A DNA stretch of 64,000 nucleotides. Source: Candidatus Eiseniibacteriota bacterium (GTDB lineage: Bacteria > Eisenbacteria > RBG-16-71-46 > SZUA-252). Where the stretch lies: positions 800,001 through 864,000 of the forward strand of contig OY969801.1 in assembly GCA_963703225.1 (NCBI GenBank), written 5' to 3'. This document shows positions 1 through 11,798 of this stretch, piece by piece. Position numbers and translations under genes: made by a program. The first letter of the stretch is position 1; every line of letters starts with the position of its first letter. The notes below the pieces were generated by a model. It was given only the letters and a program-made list of their open reading frames with translations, was not told the origin of the DNA and did not search any database.

Positions 1-63
1 AGCTCGTGGAGCGAAACCTCGACGAAGCCGTGGCGGTGCAGCGGGGCGGGACCAAGGTCACCG

Positions 64-1738
64 TCAAGAGCGACGCATAACGACAACCGTCACGTCGTCG
101 CTCGGCTTGCCCTGGCTGCTCCAGTCGCGAACCCGCTGAATCAACGCTTCCACCATCTCCTCCGGCCGCATCGAGCGCGACTCGGTCAAGAAGTCCATCA
201 GCCGCTCGTCGCCGAATTCCTCCTCGGTCACGCTCCTCGCCTCGGTCACCCCGTCGCTGTAGAGGATCAGGATGTCGCCCGGGTCGAGCTGGGTCGTGCC
301 GACCGCGTAGACGGCCTCGGGGATGATTCCCAGGAGAAGCCCCCCCTCGGTCAAGGTCTCGAAGGCTCCCGAGGCCCGGAGCAGAAACGGCGGATTGTGG
401 CCCCCGTTCACGTACCGGACCACGCCGGTTCCGGTATTCACCTCCGCCAGCACCAGCGTGATGAACCGCTCGCCCCGGACGTTTTGGTGGATGGAGCGGT
501 TGAGCCGGGACATGACCTCGATGAGCGGGCGCTCGGTCTCCACCTGCGCGCGGACGCTGGCGGCGAGATGGGTCATGAGGAGCGCGGCCGGCATCCCCTT
601 GCCCGCGACGTCCCCCAGGCCCGACCACCAGCTTTCCCTCGCCCGCGTCGACAAAGTCGAAATAGTCTCCGCCGACGTCGAGAGACGGGACATTGCGGCC
701 CGCGATCTCGAACGAGCCGATGATTCGTGGCTCCGTGGGGAGGAGCGACTGCTGGAGCGTGGCGGCGCGCTTGAGCTCTTCTTCCTGGCGCTGCCGGGCC
801 TCGTGGTTTTCCGTCTCCCGAATCTTGACCGCGGCCAGGTGCGCGATGAAGGTCAAGAGCCGTAGATCGCCCTCCTCGAACGGGACGGGTGCCGCCACGT
901 TGTCGACGTAGATCAGCCCGAGCACCTCGCCGTCGTGCCAGAGCGGCGCGCACATGGCCGAGTGGATCCGCTGCTGGATGACGCTCTGCTGTTCTTTGAA
1001 CCGCGTATCGCTTTGCGCGTCGCTCGTGAGGATGGCCTGCCGCTGGCCGATCGCCATGCGGGCGATGGTTCGGCTGACCACGATCTCCTCGTCCGCGCCG
1101 CGGCCCGTCTGGGAGACGGCCTTGGCGACCAGCGCGTCCCCGGTTCCCTCGCGCAGGAGGATCGCGGTCCGGTCCGCCTTGAGAACGTCGGTGGCGAGCC
1201 CCACGATGAACTGGAAGAGGTCCTCCAGGGGCCGGTAGGCGAGCAGGGCCTGGCCGACGCGGTCCATCGACTGGATGAAATTTCCGATTCGCTCGGGCGA
1301 GAGGCCGGTGGCGAACGAGCGGGTATCGATCGCCCCGCTGCTCGAGATCTCATCCAGCGGTACCGCCCGGACGTTCAACGGCGCGGCCACGTCGGCGACG
1401 CGGGCCGCGGCGCTTCCGCTCCCGCTCCCCTCGCCGGTGCCCGAGAAGACGATGTGGATGCTGCCCAGCTGGAGGTGATCGCCCGGCTTTAGGCGGGCGG
1501 GCGCGTCGATCCGCCGGGTGCCGAGCTTGGTGCCGTTCTTGCTCCCGAGGTCCTCGATCCAGAAGGATCCGTCGCGGTAAAAGATCTGCGCGTGCTGCCG
1601 CGAGATCGAAGCGTCGCTCAGAACGATGGTATTCGTCTGGGATCGGCCGAACGTGCACGGGGTCTCGGTTCCCACCAGCACCTTGTCGGGCTCGGCGCCG
1701 GGACGACGGATGAGAACATACTGGTCGGGGGAAGCCAT
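64..1738 (-). CDS. FHA-GAF-SpoIIE (PP2C) protein phosphatase, one frameshift near 620
   Basis: Manual translation from ATG 1738 gives an FHA domain (FGRSQTNTIVLSDASISRQHA..DLGSKNGT), then GAF, then VGGDYFD. The ORF 64..693 carries GDVAGKG, NGGH, YSDGVTE and DDVT PP2C motifs. Confidence 0.9.
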
Positions 1739-1795
1739 ATCGGGCTAGTCTCCGGCCTCGGGCACTCAGTTTCAACCCGTATCCCAAGGATGGAA

Positions 1796-2641
1796 ATGCG
1801 CCGAGATTTTCAGATGGCGTGGGGGTGCGCCATCAGGGCGGCGCGGGGTTTCCATTGGGGTGAGTACGCCCCGTTCGGCTGGATCCTCGGCGCCCAGGTT
1901 CTCTTCCTGCTGCTCGCGGTGAGATTGGAAACACCGCTCGGGATGGCGACGGTGGGCGGCTTGACCCGCTTGCTCGCGGGAAGCGCGCCACTCCACTACC
2001 CGGACTTTTTCCTCTTTCTCCCGAAACTCGCTTCGATCGTCGAGGCATTTCTCTTCGTCGTCCTCGGGTCGGTGCTCATCCCCCTCGCCGTGATCCGGAT
2101 CCATCGCGGGCTCTACCCTCGAATGGCTTCCGCGACGCCCACCGCGCGACGTCTGAGCCGCGCCTTTGCGCCGACCCTCGTCGCCTGGTTGTTCGAGACG
2201 GGGCTCCTCCTCGGGTGGCAATGGGTGGTGGCGGCTGGCTTCTCTCGGTTCTTCCCCTCCACGACTCCGGGGGACGCGGGCTTCGTCGCGGTCTGGACGC
2301 TGAGCGTGCTGGGGGCCTACGCGATCGCGGCGTTGTTTGTCTACGTGCCCATCGTCGCGGTCGTCGGCGAGATTCCATTTGGCGAGACTCTTTGGGAAGG
2401 AATCCACGACGGCCTCTACTACTTTCGGTCGACGTGGATCCTCATCGTCCTCCTCTCGCTGCCCGCGCTTCCGTTTCTGCTCTTGACCCAGCTTCGGGCG
2501 GTCGAGATCGTCGATCGCCTTCGCCCCGAGCTGGTCGCGCTCCTCCTCCTGATCTACTCCGCGCTGGTCAGCATCTCGAGCTACCTCATCTTCGCCGCCG
2601 CGATGCGCCTCCACACCCCGGTGGAAGAGGACGAGCAGTGA
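1796..2641 (+). CDS. Multi-pass membrane protein of unknown function
   Basis: About six hydrophobic segments; AAGGA before ATG 1796; stop overlaps the next start (GTGA). Confidence 0.7.
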   Translation: MRRDFQMAWGCAIRAARGFHWGEYAPFGWILGAQVLFLLLAVRLETPLGMATVGGLTRLLAGSAPLHYPDFFLFLPKLASIVEAFLFVVLGSVLIPLAVIRIHRGLYPRMASATPTARRLSRAFAPTLVAWLFETGLLLGWQWVVAAGFSRFFPSTTPGDAGFVAVWTLSVLGAYAIAALFVYVPIVAVVGEIPFGETLWEGIHDGLYYFRSTWILIVLLSLPALPFLLLTQLRAVEIVDRLRPELVALLLLIYSALVSISSYLIFAAAMRLHTPVEEDEQ

Positions 2642-4178
2642 GAGGCACCGAGGCGACAGGGGCGCTCCTCCTCGTTCTCCTCGTGAGCGCCTCGGGCTGC
2701 GGAGACTCGGAGCTTCTCCGCGCCCGATACCAGGCGGAGCGGCGCTACTGGGAGGCCGCACGCGCGGAGTTCACGGCGCGGCTCGGTGGCCAGCGGCCCG
2801 ATTCGGTCCAGCTTCTAGCCCTGCGCGAATCCTATCGCGCCGTTGAGGGGAGCGTGCGCCTCGGGGAATTGGCCGCGGCGCAGGAATCGTCGCGCAAGCT
2901 CCGCGGGGAGATCCTCCACGTCATCGCCATCTCGGAGCTACAGGCGGGGCGCCTCGGGTTGGAGGCGAACCGGCTGGACCTGGCGCTCCAGGCCTGCGAA
3001 CGGGTCGAGTCGATGGCGGAGGAGGATTCGATGCTCCGGCGCGAGGCCGATTATTTTCGCGTCACGGCGCTCCGCGAATCCCAGCGCTACGAAGAGGCGA
3101 TCGGGGCGATGGGGGAGATTCTCCGGCGGTACCAGCCCGCACTCCGATCGAGCTCGGGGGCCGAGGATCCGATCCTCTCGATCCCCGAAGCGATCGTCGA
3201 CCTCCGCCGCAGCATGGGGGACCGGTTGGGCGCCGAGCGCGCGAGCGTGGAAGCGGAGGACTACTACCGCCGGCAGCTCCAGAGGGAATGGTCGCCGACG
3301 ATCAGAGCAGGGATCCTCGCGCGCCTCGTCCGGCTGGAGCTGGACCAGGAAGATTGGGACAAGGCGCTCCGTGATCTCGAGCGGCTCCGAACGATCGCGC
3401 AGGTGACCCCCTCCCTCATCGCGGTCGAGCCGGAGATCCACTACTACGAGGCCAAGATCCAGTCGATGAAGAGCGGGAGTGGGGATCCGACCGCCGCGGT
3501 GGCCCTCCTGGACGCGGTGGCCAAGGAATACCCCGGCTCGCCCTTCGCGGCGAAGGCCACGTTCGACGCCGGCACGCTGCTCGAGCAGCGTGGCAGAAGA
3601 AGGAGGCGGTCGAGCGATACAAGATCGTCTCGTCGAGATACGCGAACGATCTGGACGTGGCGCCCACCGCCGCCTACCGCCGGGCGCTCTTGGAGGACGC
3701 GCTGGGGAATTGGGAGCGCGCCAAGAACCTGCTCGATATGATCCCGCTGCGCTACCCCGACTCCCAGGCCGCGATCGACGCGCCGATGACGATTGTCCAC
3801 CGGTACCGCAGGGAGGGCGATCAGGAGGCCGCGGAATTGGCCTTGAGGAGGGCGATCGCGACCTACCAAGGCCTCCTCGCGCGCGATTCCACGTCGACCT
3901 ATCGGGGCGCACACCGCTGGGGCCTGGCGCAGGCCCAGCTGGAGCTTGGAGAGTGGAACGCGGCCCTCGCGACGATCGATGAAATGTACCGCGAGGACCC
4001 GGGGCATCCATTTACGGCCCAAGGGCTTCTACGGGGTGCCACGGTCGCCGAGGGGCACGGCCTGAGGGCCCGGGCGGCTGACTATCTCGAGCAATTCCTC
4101 CTGGCAAACCCCGACTCGCCGCTCCGGGACAAGGCCGGCGCGGACCTTGATCGGCTGCGGAAAACCCCGATTCCTTGA
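2638..4178 (+). CDS. TPR-repeat lipoprotein (BamD/CpoB-like repeats), frameshift near 3600
   Basis: GTG start, signal LLLVLLVSASGC, repeated helical YPGSPFA / YPDSQAA / NPDSP motifs across ORFs 2215..3741 and 3657..4178. Confidence 0.75.
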
Positions 4179-4204
4179 CGCTCCGTCGCGCCCTATGGTA
4201 CCAT
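4175..4204 (+). promoter_or_regulatory. Putative sigma70 promoter for the EF-G gene
   Basis: TTGACG-18 nt-TACCAT with TG of an extended -10. Confidence 0.45.
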
Positions 4205-4265
4205 TGTTGTAAGCGTCTATTCCCATGGAATGAATTGAGTTACACCCCGCCACCTGGAGGCGCCG

Positions 4266-6356
4266 TTGAAGGACTTCCAGCCGAATCAGATCCGTAACCT
4301 TGCACTCGCCTCGCACCACGGAACAGGAAAGACATCGCTCGCGGAAGCCATCCTCTTCCGCACCAAAGCTGCGGCCCGCCACGGAAAGATTGAAGACGGC
4401 ACCACCGCGCTCGATTTCTCGCCGGAGGAGATTCACCGGAAGATTTCGATCAGCCTCTCCGTCGCGCCGGTCGAGTGGCGTGGACACAAGATCAACATGA
4501 TCGACACGCCGGGCTACGCCGACTTCATCGGCGATTGCGTCGCCGGGCTCCGGGTGTCCGACGCCGCGGTCGTCTGTCTCAAGGCGTCGGCGGGCGTCGA
4601 GGCCGGGACGGAGATGATCTGGGAAAAGGTGCTGGAGCGTGCCTGTCCGGTCCTTTGCGCGGTCACGCAGATGGAGAAGGAGCACGCCTCGTTCTCCAAG
4701 GCGATCGAGAGCGCGACCGAAAGGCTGGGGATGCGCTTCGTGGCGGTCGCCTGGCCGTTCGGCGGAGCCGACAAGTTTCGCGGGCTCGTCGATCTCGCTT
4801 CGATGAAGGCGTTCGTCTTCGAGAAGGACGGATCCGCCAAGGAGGGAGCGATCCCCCCGGAGATCGAGGCGGAGGTCAAGAAGGCCCGCGCGGCGCTGGT
4901 GGATGCGGCGGCCGAGGCGGACGACGCTCTCTTGGAAAAGTTCCTCGACGGCAAGGAGCTGGACGTCGATGAGATCCACAGGGGGCTTCGCGAGGGAGTC
5001 CTCCATCGCTCGTTCGTGCCCACGCTCCCGGTCGCCGCGGTACCGATGCTGGGAATCGACTTTCTCCTCGACTCGATGATCGACGTGATGCCCTCGCCGG
5101 CGGACCTGGGGCCCGTCGTGGGGACCAAGCCGGGGACCCAGGAGAAGGTGGAGTTCCCACCCGAGCCGAACGCCCCGCTCGCCGCGCTCGTGTTCAAGAC
5201 GAGCAGCGAGTCGCACGCCGGGGACCTCTCCCTGGTGCGCGTCTATTCGGGCACGCTGTCGCCGGGCAAGGAAGTTTGGAATTCCACCGCGCAGCGGGCC
5301 GAGAAGATGGGCCAGCTCTTCGCCGTGCGGGGCAAGGATCGAAGCGACGCGGGGCACATCCCCGCGGGCGACATCGGTGCCGCGGTCAAGCTGCGCGAGA
5401 CCCACACCGGCCAGACGCTCTGCGACAAGAACCACCAGATTCTCCTTCCGTCGATTCCGTTCCCGGGCGTGGCGCACGAGATCGCGATCGCGCCGAAGTC
5501 GAAGGGGGAGGAGGAGAAGATGGGTACCGGGCTCCACAAGCTTCGGGAAGAGGATCCGACGCTCCATGTCCGGGTCGAGGGGGACCTCCATCAGACGATC
5601 CTCTCCTGCATGGGCGACCTTCAAGTCGACGTGGCGCTGGAGAAGCTGAACCGCCGCTTTGGCGTCCACGTGGAGACCGCCAAGCCGCGGATTCCCTACC
5701 GCGAAACCATCCGCCGCTCCGTGAGCAAGCAGGGGCGCCACAAGAAGCAGACGGGCGGCCGGGGCCAATTCGGAGACGTCCACGTGCGGCTGGAGCCCCT
5801 GAAGCACGGCCAGGGATTCGAATTCGTGGACGAGGTCGTCGGCGGCTCGGTTCCGCGGAATTACATTCCCGCGGTGGAGAAGGGAATCGTGGAAGCGATG
5901 CACGACGGCGTGCTCGCGGGCTACCCGGTGGTCGACGTGCGCGCGGCGCTCTACGACGGCTCCTATCACACGGTCGATTCCTCGGAAATGGCCTTCAAGA
6001 TCGCGGGCTCGATCGCGTTCAAGGAAGGCGCCAAGGAGGCGAGCCCCGTGCTCCTCGAGCCGATCGTCGAGATCGAAGTGCGCGTGCCCAAAGAATTCGT
6101 CGGAGCCGTGACGGGCGATCTCTCCTCCAAGCGAGGAAAAATCCTCGGCATGGACTCGGAAACCCGCTACGATGTGATCCGCGCGCAGGTCCCCCAGGCC
6201 GAGCTATACAAGTACTCGACCCACCTCCGCTCCCTGACCCAGGGACGCGCCTCACACCGAACGAAGCCATCCCATTACGAAGAGGTCCCCCGAGAGCTCG
6301 CCGAGAAGATTATCGCCCAGGCAAAGGCCGATCGGGAGGCGATGGCCTCAGCCTAG
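4266..6356 (+). CDS. fusA: Elongation factor G, EF-G2-type paralogue
   Basis: HHGTGKTS, DTPGYADF, HKKQTGGRGQFG, DGSYHTVDSSEMAF; not in a str operon; switch I reads EEIHRKISI. Confidence 0.95.
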   Translation: MKDFQPNQIRNLALASHHGTGKTSLAEAILFRTKAAARHGKIEDGTTALDFSPEEIHRKISISLSVAPVEWRGHKINMIDTPGYADFIGDCVAGLRVSDAAVVCLKASAGVEAGTEMIWEKVLERACPVLCAVTQMEKEHASFSKAIESATERLGMRFVAVAWPFGGADKFRGLVDLASMKAFVFEKDGSAKEGAIPPEIEAEVKKARAALVDAAAEADDALLEKFLDGKELDVDEIHRGLREGVLHRSFVPTLPVAAVPMLGIDFLLDSMIDVMPSPADLGPVVGTKPGTQEKVEFPPEPNAPLAALVFKTSSESHAGDLSLVRVYSGTLSPGKEVWNSTAQRAEKMGQLFAVRGKDRSDAGHIPAGDIGAAVKLRETHTGQTLCDKNHQILLPSIPFPGVAHEIAIAPKSKGEEEKMGTGLHKLREEDPTLHVRVEGDLHQTILSCMGDLQVDVALEKLNRRFGVHVETAKPRIPYRETIRRSVSKQGRHKKQTGGRGQFGDVHVRLEPLKHGQGFEFVDEVVGGSVPRNYIPAVEKGIVEAMHDGVLAGYPVVDVRAALYDGSYHTVDSSEMAFKIAGSIAFKEGAKEASPVLLEPIVEIEVRVPKEFVGAVTGDLSSKRGKILGMDSETRYDVIRAQVPQAELYKYSTHLRSLTQGRASHRTKPSHYEEVPRELAEKIIAQAKADREAMASA

Positions 6357-6377
6357 GCAAAGTTAGGGGACCGCACC

Positions 6378-8595
6378 ATGCGACGTCGTGCAGCTTGCTT
6401 GTCTCTCCATCTGATCCTCGGCGTGGCGCTTCTCGCATCGGGCAGAGCCGACGCGTCTCCTCGCGTCGAGCCCCACGCGCGATACGCCCCGCCCGCGCCA
6501 AGAGCGCCGCAGGTGCTCTCGGATCTCTCGCTGGCCCGGCTCCGGTCGGAGGGGCGCTCCGTCCTTTGGGTCTTCTTCACCGACAAGGAGGAGGGGGATG
6601 CCGCGTCGTTCGCGCGCTCCCTCCGCGAGGTGGGCGGCCGCGTGACCGAGCGCGCCCGCGCCCGAAGGGCGCGCGAGACCGGTGGCCGCTTTGTCCCCGA
6701 CTACTACGACCTCCCTGTGTCGGGCCGCTACGTCGACGCGGTGGCGCGGACCGGCGCTTTGACGCGCCACGTATCTCGCTGGCTGAACGGGATGACCGTC
6801 GAGGCCGACGAATCGCAGGCGCGGTTGATCGCGAGCCTTCCATTCGTCCGGATCGTGAGCCCGGCCCAGCGCTCGCGCCGCGTGGAAACGCTGCCCGCGG
6901 AACCCCTCGCGCCCTGGCCGGGGCAGGGCGGGCCTCCGGCATCACGTCCTGGCACGGAATCACCACGGGCTCCGTTCGAATGGGATGGATCCGCGCCCAC
7001 GCTCGTCAAGCCGGTCAACTACGGCGCCTCGTTCACCCCGCTCAACGCGCTCAACGTCATCGCGGCCTTTGATTCGGGTTGGAGCGCGGCGACGATCACC
7101 GTCGCGATGTTCGACGCGGGATTTGACAAGGCCCACAACGCCACGTCGCCGCTCTTGAGGATCGCGGAATACGATTTCGTGTTCCACGATGGCGAGACCG
7201 CCAACCAGCCGGGAGACGCCGCGGGAGCATGGGACCACGGCACCGGCACCTGGTCGGTCCTCGGGGGGTACTACCCCAACAACATGGTGGGCCCCGCCTT
7301 CAACGCTCGATTTCTTCTGGCCAAGACCGAGGACATCCGCTCGGAGACGCCGGTGGAAGAGGACAATTGGGTCGCGGCCGTCGAATGGGCCGATTCCATC
7401 GGCGCCGACGTCATCTCCTCGTCGCTGGCCTACTTCGACTTTGACGGGACCGCGAACGACTACACCTACACGGATCTCAACGGGTACACGACGGTGACCT
7501 CGCTCGGAGCCATCATGGCCGCGCGACGGGGAATCGTCGTCGCGAACGCCATGGGGAACTCGGGCGCCCTTCCCGGATCGCTCCAGGCGCCCGCCGACGC
7601 GGACAGCATCCTCTCTTGCGGCGCGGTCGACTCGGGGAACTCCATCGCGGGATTTTCTTCGCGGGGCCCGACCTTTGACGGACGGATCAAGCCGGAGGTG
7701 GTGGCGCAGGGGGTGGCCACGCCCTGGGCCATCGCGGGGAGCCCGTCGGTGGTGGGCACGGCGAGCGGCACGTCGCTCTCCACCCCGCTCATCGGAGGGG
7801 TGGCCGCGCTCGTGCGGGAGGCGCATCCCGAGTGGACGGTCGCCCAGGTTCGCCAGGCCCTCATGACCACGGCGGACAAATCGGCGACGCCCCAACAACG
7901 ACTACGGCTGGGGGCGGGTCGACGCCATCAAGGCGATCTACGGCTCGCCACTGGGCGGGATCGTCGCGCCCAAGCCCTTCAGCCTCCTCGTGCCGTCCAA
8001 CAACTCGGTCGTGAGCAAGCCGCCCAACGTGACGTTCAAGTGGAGAAAGGCGATCGATCCGCAGGGGAGCGCGCTGACCTACAGAATCGATTTTCGGTGC
8101 ACAGCACCTGACTCCTGCGTCTTTCAGGCAACGACGACGGACACCTTCATCGTCTACTCGAACTACCTGGGGCCGAACAAGGCGTATGAATGGACCATAA
8201 CGGCGATCGACCCCGAGGCGCACGAGCGCGAGAGTAAGGACCGTTTCCGCTTCACGACCAGCGCGACCACCGACGTCGGCGTACCCACGCCGCCGCCTTC
8301 GCCACCGCGCGTCACGCTCATGCAGAATCACCCCAACCCGACCCGATCGCTCACTCAGATCGAGTTTACGCTTACGGGGTCGTCGGGTTCGGTCCCTATG
8401 TCGCTCCGCATTTTCGACGCGTCGGGGAGATTGGTCCGGACCCTTATCGACTCCTACACGGCGGTGCCGGCGCGGTGGTCCCTTCGCTGGGACGGCCTCG
8501 ACGGAAATGGTCGCCGCGTTGGCTCCGGCATCTACTACTATAAGCTCCTGGTTCAAGGGAGCACCTTTTCCAAGCGGCTCGTTCTGCTCCGCTAG
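6378..8595 (+). CDS. Secreted S8 subtilisin-like protease with C-terminal FlgD-Ig/T9SS-like domain, frameshift near 7890
   Basis: Signal peptide; catalytic DAGFD, HGT and GTSLS; C-terminal QNHPNP..IFDASGRLVRTL..WDG..SGIYYYKL. Confidence 0.9.
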
Positions 8596-8640
8596 TTCGT
8601 ATCACGGCGCCGCCCTTGAGGCGGCCCGGGAGGAGTCTCG

Positions 8641-9393
8641 ATGTCCGGTCATTCCAAGTGGGCGACCATCAAGCGGAAGAAGGGCGCCCTCGATGCCAAG
8701 CGTGGGAAGGTCTTCACCAAGTGGATCAAGGAGATCACCGTCGCCGCGCGAAATGGCGGCGGCGATCCCGCCGGCAATCCGAGGCTCCGCACGGCGATTC
8801 TCGGGGCCAAGGGCGTCAACATGCCGGCCGACAACATTGAGCGCGCGATCAAGAAGGGAACCGGAGAGCTGGAGGGGACGACCTATGAGGAGGTCACCTA
8901 CGAAGGCTACGGCCCGGGCGGGATCGCGATCCTCATGGACTCGCTCACCGACAACCGAAACCGGACCACGGGAGAGATCCGGCACATCCTGACCAAGAAC
9001 GGCGGGCGGATGGCCGACGCCGGGGCCGTCCAGTACATGTTTCATTCCAAGGGCGTCATCGCCGTGGCCCACAGCGCCGCCGATGAGGAGACCCTCTTGA
9101 CCCTCGTGCTGGACGCGGGGGCCGAGGACGTCGACACCGAAGATCCCGAGGTCTACGAGATCACCACTTCGCCGCAGCGTTTCGAGTCCGTCAAAGCCGC
9201 GCTCGCGGGGAAGGGGATTCCAGTACTATCCGCGGAGCTGGCCAAGGTGCCTCAGAACGTCATCGCGCTCAGCGTGAAGGATGCCGAACAGGCCTTGAAG
9301 CTCATGGAGGTGCTCGAGGATCATGACGACGTCCAGCGGGTCTCGTCGAATCTCGACATCACGGCCGAAGTTCTCGCCAAGATCCAGCCGTAG
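8641..9393 (+). CDS. yebC: YebC/PmpR family protein
   Basis: MSGHSKWATIKRKKG, YEGYGPGG, DNRNRT, EDHDDVQ. Confidence 0.97.
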   Translation: MSGHSKWATIKRKKGALDAKRGKVFTKWIKEITVAARNGGGDPAGNPRLRTAILGAKGVNMPADNIERAIKKGTGELEGTTYEEVTYEGYGPGGIAILMDSLTDNRNRTTGEIRHILTKNGGRMADAGAVQYMFHSKGVIAVAHSAADEETLLTLVLDAGAEDVDTEDPEVYEITTSPQRFESVKAALAGKGIPVLSAELAKVPQNVIALSVKDAEQALKLMEVLEDHDDVQRVSSNLDITAEVLAKIQP

Positions 9394-9406
9394 TCCGGGG
9401 GCCGGT

Positions 9407-9955
9407 ACGCTCATCCTCGGCATCGACCCCGGCAGCCGGGCCACCGGATACGGGCTTCTCCGGCTCGTGGGGAGCCAGGTCCGTTACGAGCGCTCGGGGG
9501 TCATCTCGCCAAAGGCCACGCTTCCCTTTCCCGATCGCCTGGCCGCCGTCTACGACGGCCTTCTGGCGCTCCTCGACGAGGTCCATCCCGACGAGGTCGC
9601 GGTGGAGAGCGCGTTCGTCCGAAAGAGCGCCCTCGCCGCCCTCCAGATCGGCCACGTGCGGGGCGTCATCCTCCTCGCCGCCCGGCAGCGGGGCGCGGCG
9701 ATCCACGAGTACACCGCGCCGGAGGTGAAGATGGCCGTCGCCCGGCAGGGCGCCGCGGCCAAGCAGCAGGTCGAGTTCATGGTGCGCCGGCTCTTGCCGA
9801 TGGTCGGTGCCATGCGCGAGGACGAGGCCGACGCGCTCGCCGTCGCGCTCTGCCACGCCCACCGCGCGCCCTTTCGCGACCAGCGCATCGCCGTCGCGCC
9901 TCCCGTGCGCCGCCGCGCCGCGATCGCGGCCTGGAAGAGGATCGCGCTCCGATGA
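9407..9955 (+). CDS. ruvC: Holliday junction resolvase RuvC (start codon uncertain)
   Basis: ILGIDPGSRATGYG, VAVES, DEADALAVALCH; lies between yebC and ruvA. Confidence 0.93.
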   Translation, partial: TLILGIDPGSRATGYGLLRLVGSQVRYERSGVISPKATLPFPDRLAAVYDGLLALLDEVHPDEVAVESAFVRKSALAALQIGHVRGVILLAARQRGAAIHEYTAPEVKMAVARQGAAAKQQVEFMVRRLLPMVGAMREDEADALAVALCHAHRAPFRDQRIAVAPPVRRRAAIAAWKRIALR

Positions 9956-10560
9956 TCGACTCGATCACGGGGGCGCTCGCTTTCAAGTCGCCGACGGCGG
10001 CCGTGATCCGGACCGGGGGGTTCAATCTCCGGCTCCTGATCTCGGTCTCCTGCTTCGAGACGCTCCCGGCCCTGTCTCGGGAGATCACGCTCCTCACCTA
10101 CCTCCACGTCCGCGAAGACGCGCTCCAGCTCTACGGTTTTGCCGACGAGGTCGAGCGGAACCTGTTCGAGCGGTTGATCTCGGTCTCCGGGATCGGGCCG
10201 CGGCTCGCGGTGGGAATCCTGAGCGGCGCCACCGCGTCGCGGGTACGGGAGGCGATCGAGGCGGGGGACGCGGACTTCCTCGTCACCCTCCCCGGCGTGG
10301 GAAAGAAGCTCGCGCAGCGCCTCTTGGTGGAGCTGCGGGAGAAGTTCGCGCCGGGCCTTTCGGCCGCGGCCGCCCCCGGAGCGGGGACGCCGGGCGCGCT
10401 CCAGGCCGGGATCAGCGGGGACGCGGCGGCCGCGCTCGTCTCGCTCGGGTTCACCCGGAGCGCCGCCATCGCCGCGGTCCAGGAAGCGCTGCAAGAATTG
10501 GGTCCCGCCGCCAACGTCGAGACGCTGGTTCGCAGGGCCTTGCGCCAGGGGGCGCGGTAG
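9952..10560 (+). CDS. ruvA: Holliday junction branch migration protein RuvA
   Basis: HVREDALQLYGF, SVSGIGPRLA, PGVGKKLAQR. Confidence 0.96.
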   Translation: MIDSITGALAFKSPTAAVIRTGGFNLRLLISVSCFETLPALSREITLLTYLHVREDALQLYGFADEVERNLFERLISVSGIGPRLAVGILSGATASRVREAIEAGDADFLVTLPGVGKKLAQRLLVELREKFAPGLSAAAAPGAGTPGALQAGISGDAAAALVSLGFTRSAAIAAVQEALQELGPAANVETLVRRALRQGAR

Positions 10561-10563
10561 TCG

Positions 10564-11736
10564 ATGCCGAAGACGCCCAACAATCCTGAGCCGCCGCGAC
10601 GTCCTGCAGCCGCGGGGCGCCCCGCGCGCGCTGCCGTCGCCGCCGTGCCCGAGATCGACCACGAGCGGATCACCGATCCCGGGCCGTTGGGCAGCGAGGT
10701 CGATCTCGACCGCACCCTCCGCCCGCAGCGGCTCGAGGAGTTCGTGGGGCAGGAATCGCTCCGCGAGCAGCTCCGGATCGCGGTGGAGGCGGCGAGACAG
10801 CGCGGCGAGGCGCTGGACCACCTTCTCTTCCACGGCCCTCCCGGCCTGGGCAAGACCACCCTCGCGTCGATCATCGCGGCCGAGATGGACGTGCCGATCG
10901 TCCAGACCTCGGGGCCAGTTTTGGAACGGGCCGCCGACCTCGCGGGCCTTTTGACCAACCTCGAGTTCCGCTCCGTGCTCTTCATCGACGAGATCCACCG
11001 GATGAATCCGGTCGTCGAGGAGTATCTCTATCCCGCGATCGAGGACTTCTGCCTCGACATCATGATCGACCGGGGTCCCAGCGCGCGGAGCGTCCGGATC
11101 GACATCAAGCGATTCACATTGATCGGCGCCACGACGCGCACCGGCCTCCTGAGCGCGCCGCTCCGCGGCCGCTTTGGGATGAGCGCCCGGCTCGACTACT
11201 ACGCGCCCGAGGAATTGACGCGAATCATCCGCCGCTCGGCGAAAATCCTCGGCGTGCCGATCGACGCGGCCGGCGCCAAGGAGCTGGCCTCCCGCTCGCG
11301 CGGAACGCCGCGGGTGGGAAACCGCCTCCTGCGCCGCGTCCGGGACTACGCCGAGACGCGCGCCGACGGGAAGATCACCGAGGAGGTGGCTCGCGCCGCG
11401 CTCAAGCTTTTGGAAGTGGACGCGCGCGGCCTCGACGACATGGACCGCCGGATGCTCGAGGCAATCGTGGTCAAGTACGGCGGCGGCCCGGTCGGGCTCT
11501 CGACGATCGCCGTCGTGGTGGGAGAGGAGCCGGGAACGCTCGAGGACGTCTACGAGCCCTACCTGATCCAGGAGGGTTTCCTGAAGCGGACGGCGCGGGG
11601 CCGCGAGGCCACCGATCTCGCCTTCACCCACCTCGGCCTCACGCCACCCGACCGCGGCGCCTCCGCCGACCCGGCATTGGCGCGCCCCGAAGTGCCCGAA
11701 GAGGGCCCGGATACGCCTCAAAGCACGCTGTTCTGA
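10564..11736 (+). CDS. ruvB: Holliday junction helicase RuvB
   Basis: [43 protein letters not shown]. Confidence 0.98.
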   Translation: MPKTPNNPEPPRRPAAAGRPARAAVAAVPEIDHERITDPGPLGSEVDLDRTLRPQRLEEFVGQESLREQLRIAVEAARQRGEALDHLLFHGPPGLGKTTLASIIAAEMDVPIVQTSGPVLERAADLAGLLTNLEFRSVLFIDEIHRMNPVVEEYLYPAIEDFCLDIMIDRGPSARSVRIDIKRFTLIGATTRTGLLSAPLRGRFGMSARLDYYAPEELTRIIRRSAKILGVPIDAAGAKELASRSRGTPRVGNRLLRRVRDYAETRADGKITEEVARAALKLLEVDARGLDDMDRRMLEAIVVKYGGGPVGLSTIAVVVGEEPGTLEDVYEPYLIQEGFLKRTARGREATDLAFTHLGLTPPDRGASADPALARPEVPEEGPDTPQSTLF

Positions 11737-11751
11737 CCCGCAAATATTTCC

Positions 11752-11783
11752 TTGAACCCGTACCATGGTACCGGGTCGATGAT
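11752..11783 (+). promoter_or_regulatory. MerR-type promoter with dyad operator in a long (19-20 bp) spacer
   Basis: TTGAAC-CCGTAC-CATG-GTACCG-GGTC-GATGAT; resembles the mer operator CCGTAC-N4-GTACGG. Confidence 0.8.
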
Positions 11784-11798
11784 TCCAACCAGGTCGAT

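Noticed and set aside
4208..4244. TGTAA...TTACA inverted repeat in the fusA leader as a riboswitch or operator
   Set aside because: Short and imperfect, with no recognisable RNA family.
9394..9420. Non-canonical start codon for ruvC
   Set aside because: No ATG, GTG or TTG near ILGID, but with this error rate a base error is as likely; cannot be supported.
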